From assembly GCA_963667785.2 (NCBI GenBank), contig CAXXMU010000008.1, positions 32,001 to 96,000 on the forward strand: 64,000 bases of DNA, given 5' to 3'. The notes below the pieces were generated by a model. The model saw only the letters and a list, made by a program, of their open reading frames with translations, did no database searches and was not told where the DNA came from. Each line of letters begins with the position of its first letter. Within the stretch, counting starts at the first letter, position 1. A program made the position numbers and the translations under genes. Origin of the DNA: Alphaproteobacteria bacterium (GTDB lineage Bacteria; Pseudomonadota; Alphaproteobacteria; UBA828). Shown piece by piece: positions 59,784 to 64,000 of the stretch.

Positions 59784-61007
59784 ATCGTCACCGCCGCCAT
59801 CGCCGCCATCGCCACCGCCTGCCTCCGCCGACTGCCGCCGGAGACGGCACACGGCACGGCGCTCGCCCTGCTCGGGCGCGGTTGGCTGCCGCCGCCGGAG
59901 CCGCCCGCGCCGGCCCTGGCGACGAACGTCTGGGGGCTGCGCTTCCCGACGCCGGTGGGACTCGCCGCCGGCTTCGACAAGGACGTGCGCTGCCCGGACG
60001 GCGCGGCTGCGCTGGGTTTCGGCTTCGGCGAGCTCGGCACGGTGACGCCCCGGCCGCAGCCGGGCAATCCCCGGCCGCGCCTCTTCCGGCTCAGGCGGGA
60101 GCGCGCGCTGATCAACCGGATGGGCTTCAACAGCGCCGGCCTCGACGTGGTCGCGCGTCGGCTGGAGCGTCGGCGCGCGGAGGGGGCGGCCGTCGCCTGC
60201 CCGCTCGGGGTCAATATCGGCGTTAACCGCGACAGCGCGGAGCCTGCCCGCGACTACGCCGCCGGCCTCGCGCGCGTGGCAGCGCTCGCCGACTACGTGG
60301 CGGTGAATGTCTCCTCGCCCAACACGCCGGGCTTGCGCGCCTGGCAGGAGGGCGACGCGCTCCACCGCCTGCTGGCTGCGCTGGCCGATACCTGCGCCCG
60401 CCTCGACCCCGCGCCGCCCGTCCTGCTCAAGCTCGCGCCGGAGATCGACGACGCGGCGCTTGCGGCGCTGCTCGACTCCGCCCGCGACGCGCCCGTCGCC
60501 GGGCTGATCCTCACCAACACGACGACCACGCGCCCGCCCGGCCTCGCCTCGCGCCGGCGGGGAGAGGCGGGCGGCCTCAGCGGTCCGCCGCTCGCACCGC
60601 GCGCGCTCGCGGTTCTGCGCAGCGCCTGGGCGCTGAGCGACGGCCGCCTGCCGCTGATCGGGGTTGGCGGGATCGATTCGGCCGACGCCGCCTACGCCCG
60701 CATCCGCGCCGGCGCGAGCCTGGTGCAGCTCTACACCGCGCTCGCCTATCGCGGGCCGGGCCTGGTCACCGAGATCACGCGGGGGCTCGCCCGGCTGCTG
60801 GCGGCGGACGGCTTCGCTTGCGTGGCGGACGCCGTCGGTGCCGATCACCGCTCCCCGCCTTCGCGCGCTCAGGATGCAGCGGCGATCTCTCCGGCGATGG
60901 CACGCGCCGCGGCGAGCGGATCGGGCGCCTGCGTTATGGGGCGGCCGACGACCAGCGCCGTCGCGCCGGCGCGCGCCGCATCGGCGGGCGTCGCCACCCG
61001 CGCCTGA
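59784..61007 (+). CDS. pyrD: Quinone-dependent dihydroorotate dehydrogenase (class 2); start codon uncertain
   Basis: LPPETAH, GLAAGFDK, INRMGFN, NVSSPNTPGLR, GGLSG, GVGGI; the conserved N-terminus lies upstream of the first GTG (59955), so the start is tentatively placed at ATC 59784. Confidence 0.88.
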   Translation: MVTAAIAAIATACLRRLPPETAHGTALALLGRGWLPPPEPPAPALATNVWGLRFPTPVGLAAGFDKDVRCPDGAAALGFGFGELGTVTPRPQPGNPRPRLFRLRRERALINRMGFNSAGLDVVARRLERRRAEGAAVACPLGVNIGVNRDSAEPARDYAAGLARVAALADYVAVNVSSPNTPGLRAWQEGDALHRLLAALADTCARLDPAPPVLLKLAPEIDDAALAALLDSARDAPVAGLILTNTTTTRPPGLASRRRGEAGGLSGPPLAPRALAVLRSAWALSDGRLPLIGVGGIDSADAAYARIRAGASLVQLYTALAYRGPGLVTEITRGLARLLAADGFACVADAVGADHRSPPSRAQDAAAISPAMARAAASGSGACVMGRPTTSAVAPARAASAGVATRA

Positions 61008-61594
61008 TCGGCCCTGGCGCTGCCGCTCCCGCCTGCGGGACGGATGCCGGGCACGACGATGGCGAAGTCCGGGCCGTGCTCGGCGCGGAGCGCGGCCACC
61101 TCCTGCGGGCTCGCGATCACGCCTGCGAGCCCCGCTTCGCGCGCGAGCGCGGCGAGGCGCAGCACCTGCGCGCCGGCTGGGCCGGCGATGCCCTGGTGTG
61201 CCAGCGCGGCGTCGTCGAGGCTGGTGAGCACGGTGACGCCGAGCAGGCCGGGCGGTGCGGTGCCTTGGCGCGCGGCTTCCTCCTCGCCCGCCTCGCGCGC
61301 CGCCCGCATCATGGCGAGCCCGCCGGCGGCGTGGATGGTGAGGTAGTGCGGCGCGAGCGCCACCACGCTCCGCACCGCGCCGGCGACGGTGTTCGGGATG
61401 TCGTGGAGCTTGAGGTCGAGGAAGAGCGGCCTTCCCGCCGCGCCCACGGCGGCGACGCCTGAGGGCCCGTGGGCGCAGAAATACTCGAGGCCGAGCTTGA
61501 GGCCGTCCACCGCCGGCGCGAGCAGGCCCGCCAGCCGCTCGACCTCGGGCCGGTCGCGCGCATCGAGGGCGCAGTAGAGGGAGACGTTCGGCAT
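60869..61594 (-). CDS. pyrF: Orotidine-5'-phosphate decarboxylase
   Basis: FLDLKLHDIPNTV, VTVLTS, PGIRP, VVGRPIT. Confidence 0.96.
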   Translation of the reverse strand: MPNVSLYCALDARDRPEVERLAGLLAPAVDGLKLGLEYFCAHGPSGVAAVGAAGRPLFLDLKLHDIPNTVAGAVRSVVALAPHYLTIHAAGGLAMMRAAREAGEEEAARQGTAPPGLLGVTVLTSLDDAALAHQGIAGPAGAQVLRLAALAREAGLAGVIASPQEVAALRAEHGPDFAIVVPGIRPAGGSGSARADQARVATPADAARAGATALVVGRPITQAPDPLAAARAIAGEIAAAS

Positions 61595-61674
61595 CAGCGT
61601 TCCATCCGGGCCGGGTTAGTCTACCCTCGGGTGCGGCGCGGGACGACCGGGCGGCCGAGGTGCGGAGGGCGGCG

Positions 61675-62313
61675 GTGAGCGGGACGGCAGAGGAGATCGC
61701 GGCGGCCCTGCTCGACGCGGATGCGCTGCTGGTGCGTCCCGAAGCGCCGTTCCGGCTTACCTCGGGGCTCCGCGCGCCGTTCTACATCAACTGCCGGCTG
61801 ATCCTGTCGCGGCCCGACGCCCGCGCCAGGGCCGCGGCGGCGCTGGCGGATACCGTGCCGATGTCGGCCACCACGGTCATCGCCGGCGGGGTCACCGCGG
61901 GCGTGCCCTTCGCCACCCTCGTCGCCGAGCGCCTCGGGCTGCCGCTGGTCTATGTCCGGGCTGAGGCCAAGGCGCACGGCACCGCCGGCCGCATCGAGGG
62001 CGGCGCGGTCGCCGGCGAGCGCGTCCTCCTGATCGAGGACCTGATCTCGACCGCCGGCAGCATCCTCGCCTTCACCCGCACCCTGCGCGAGGCGGGCGCG
62101 GCGGTGGACGGCGTCAGCGTGCTGTTCTCGCGCGCTGGCGCGTCGGCGCAAGCCGCGCTGGAGGAGGCGGGCCTCGCATTCACCGCCGTCTGCGATCTCG
62201 ACACGCTGCTCCAGGTGGCGCTCGCCGAAGGGCGCATCGACGAGGCAGCGCTCGGCGAGGTCCGGGCCTTCCTCGCCGACCCCGAGGGCTGGTCCGCCGC
62301 CCACGACTCCTAG
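61675..62313 (+). CDS. pyrE: Orotate phosphoribosyltransferase
   Basis: FRLTSG...FYINCR, KAHG, LIEDLISTAGS PRPP motif; RBS GGAGG. Confidence 0.9.
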   Translation: MSGTAEEIAAALLDADALLVRPEAPFRLTSGLRAPFYINCRLILSRPDARARAAAALADTVPMSATTVIAGGVTAGVPFATLVAERLGLPLVYVRAEAKAHGTAGRIEGGAVAGERVLLIEDLISTAGSILAFTRTLREAGAAVDGVSVLFSRAGASAQAALEEAGLAFTAVCDLDTLLQVALAEGRIDEAALGEVRAFLADPEGWSAAHDS

Positions 62314-62329
62314 AGAGAGTCCGTCCGTC

Positions 62330-63661
62330 TCAAAAATCGATGGCGCGGCCCTTGCGCTCCCAGTCGCCGTAGCGAGTCGGTTCCGGCCCCGCCGGGCCGC
62401 CCGTCTCGGGGATGGATTCCAGTCTGTTTTCGGGGCCATTCCCTGATTGAGGGACCGTCGCAACCTCTGCGAGCTTCGGGGCTGTCTTGCCGGCCCGTGC
62501 CAGAACGTCCGGTCCTATCGAGGCGATGTCGGCGAGACCGCAGAGCCCCATGGCGAGGTCGAGCTCGCGGCGGAGGATGTCGAAGGCGTGGGCGACGCCC
62601 GCTTCGCCCGCGACCGCCAGCCCCCAGAACTGCGCCCGGCCGATGGTGCAGCAGTCTGCGCCCAGCGCCAGCGCCTTGACCATGTGGGTGCCCCGCCTGA
62701 TCCCGCCGTCGAGCAGCACGGCAGCGCGGCCCGCCACAGCCTCCGCCACGCGGGGCAGCGCGTCGAGCGCGCTCGCGGCGCCGTCGAGCTGGCGGCCGCC
62801 GTGATTGGAGACGAACATCCCGTCCACGCCGTTTGCCACCGCCTCGGCAGCATCGGCGGGGTGGAGCACGCCCTTGAGCAGCAGCGGTCCCTTCCAGACG
62901 GCTCGCAACGCCGCGACGTCGTCCCACTGCATGCCCTGGTCGGGCAGCGCCAGCATGCGGTGGTGGAGGGTGGTGAGGTCGTTGGCGCCGCCGGGCCTGC
63001 GGTAGTTGCCGAAGGTAATGTTCGGAATGGTGCGCCGCATCCGCAGCAGCCAGCGCACCTTGGTCGCCATGTTGGCAATCTCGCCGGCGGAAAACCGGGG
63101 CGGGATGACGAATCCGTTGCGGATGTCGCGTTCGCGGTTGCCGAGCATCTGGGTGTCGATGGTGACCACCAGCGCCTCGTAGCCGGCAGCCGCCGCCCGC
63201 GCCGCCATCTCGTGGGTGAGTCCGCGGTCCGTGTAGATGTAGGTCTGGAACCAGCGCGGCGAGAGGCCGGTCTCGGCCAGCTCTTCGAGGGTGCAGACCG
63301 AGCCGTGGCTGAGGCAGTAGATCGAGCCTGCCTTGGTCGCCGCCCGTGCCGAAGCGGCTTCGCCGTTCGGCCAGAGCAGCCCGGCCAGTCCGGTCGGCGG
63401 AACGATGAGCGGCATGGAGAGCCGCCGGCCGAAGAGCGTGGTCGAGAGGTCGCGGCTCGCCGAGCCGCCGATGGGGCGCGGATAGAGGGCCACGTCATCG
63501 AAGGCGGAGACGTTCCGCCGCAGCGTGTGCTCGTCGCCCGCGCCGCCGTCCACGAAATCGAACACCGCGCGCGGCAGCACCCGCCGGGCCTCGGCCCGGA
63601 GCGCCTCGATGTTGTAGGCCCGCCGCTTCCAGCGGGGCATGCGCTCGCTCGCCATCGTCAT
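62330..63661 (-). CDS. FMN-dependent alpha-hydroxy-acid dehydrogenase fused to a C-terminal DUF1674/SDHAF4 domain
   Basis: FDFVDGGAGDE, RERD, LLKG, SNHGGRQLD, DGGIRRG; C-terminus GGPAGPEPTRYGDWERKGRAIDF. Confidence 0.88.
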   Translation of the reverse strand: MTMASERMPRWKRRAYNIEALRAEARRVLPRAVFDFVDGGAGDEHTLRRNVSAFDDVALYPRPIGGSASRDLSTTLFGRRLSMPLIVPPTGLAGLLWPNGEAASARAATKAGSIYCLSHGSVCTLEELAETGLSPRWFQTYIYTDRGLTHEMAARAAAAGYEALVVTIDTQMLGNRERDIRNGFVIPPRFSAGEIANMATKVRWLLRMRRTIPNITFGNYRRPGGANDLTTLHHRMLALPDQGMQWDDVAALRAVWKGPLLLKGVLHPADAAEAVANGVDGMFVSNHGGRQLDGAASALDALPRVAEAVAGRAAVLLDGGIRRGTHMVKALALGADCCTIGRAQFWGLAVAGEAGVAHAFDILRRELDLAMGLCGLADIASIGPDVLARAGKTAPKLAEVATVPQSGNGPENRLESIPETGGPAGPEPTRYGDWERKGRAIDF

Positions 63662-63808
63662 CCCCCGTAGGGAGGTGCGCCAGTATAGGCGGCCGGGCCT
63701 CTGCGCGCATGGGCGCCGGGGCTCGCTTGACCCGTACGGGTGCCGGTAAGACACTGCCCCGCCGCCGGCAACCGATGTCGGCGGACGGACAATCACGCGG
63801 TGCGGCCC

Positions 63809-64000
63809 ATGAAGCTGATCGGCGTCGACGTCGGCGGCACCTTCACCGACCTCATCATCACCGACAGCGAGACGCGCGAGAGCGCGATCCACAAGGTGCC
63901 CACGACCCCGGACGACCCCTCCGACGGCGCCGCGGCGGGCATCGCCCAGCTCTGCGAGCGCAGCGGCACGGCGCCCGGATCCATCGCCCACGTCTTCCAC
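63809..64000 (+). CDS. Hydantoinase/oxoprolinase family protein (3' truncated by window)
   Basis: [15 protein letters not shown]...[11 protein letters not shown]. Confidence 0.88.
   Translation, partial: MKLIGVDVGGTFTDLIITDSETRESAIHKVPTTPDDPSDGAAAGIAQLCERSGTAPGSIAHVFH

Overview
High-GC bacterial chromosomal segment, most likely from an alphaproteobacterium (Rhodospirillales-like gene order). The backbone is housekeeping: gpmI; serS-surE-nlpD; yajC-secD-secF-Mth938; trmFO-uvrA/ssb; gyrA-coaD-queA-tgt; gltDB; uppP; NDUFA9-like; rnd; purM; pyrBCD/pyrF/pyrE. Accessory genes are interspersed: an amidase, an LLM monooxygenase with OsmC, a lipoprotein pair, a TRAP transporter, a SprT-like protease, adenine deaminase/puuD-like/hpnE, a KamA-like radical SAM enzyme, a fused ABC exporter, F420 genes cofC-fbiC and a ParDE-type TA pair. 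I saw no rRNA, tRNA, CRISPR array or intact transposase. The most unusual observations are: (1) an FMN alpha-hydroxy-acid dehydrogenase fused in frame to a DUF1674/SDHAF4 domain; (2) pyrD with no canonical start codon, lying in frame behind the pyrC amber stop, with an SD and ATC; (3) an orphan membrane histidine kinase whose phospho-acceptor His is replaced by Gly; (4) YajC with a lipobox and a 45/54-acidic tail next to SecF with a polybasic tail; (5) a dispersed non-coding element with AATCCC arrays, present twice 40 kb apart, each copy beside a REP-like hairpin; (6) an apparently split puuD-like gene. All family assignments come from motif recognition by eye, not database searches. Several start codons were re-picked from the ORF track.
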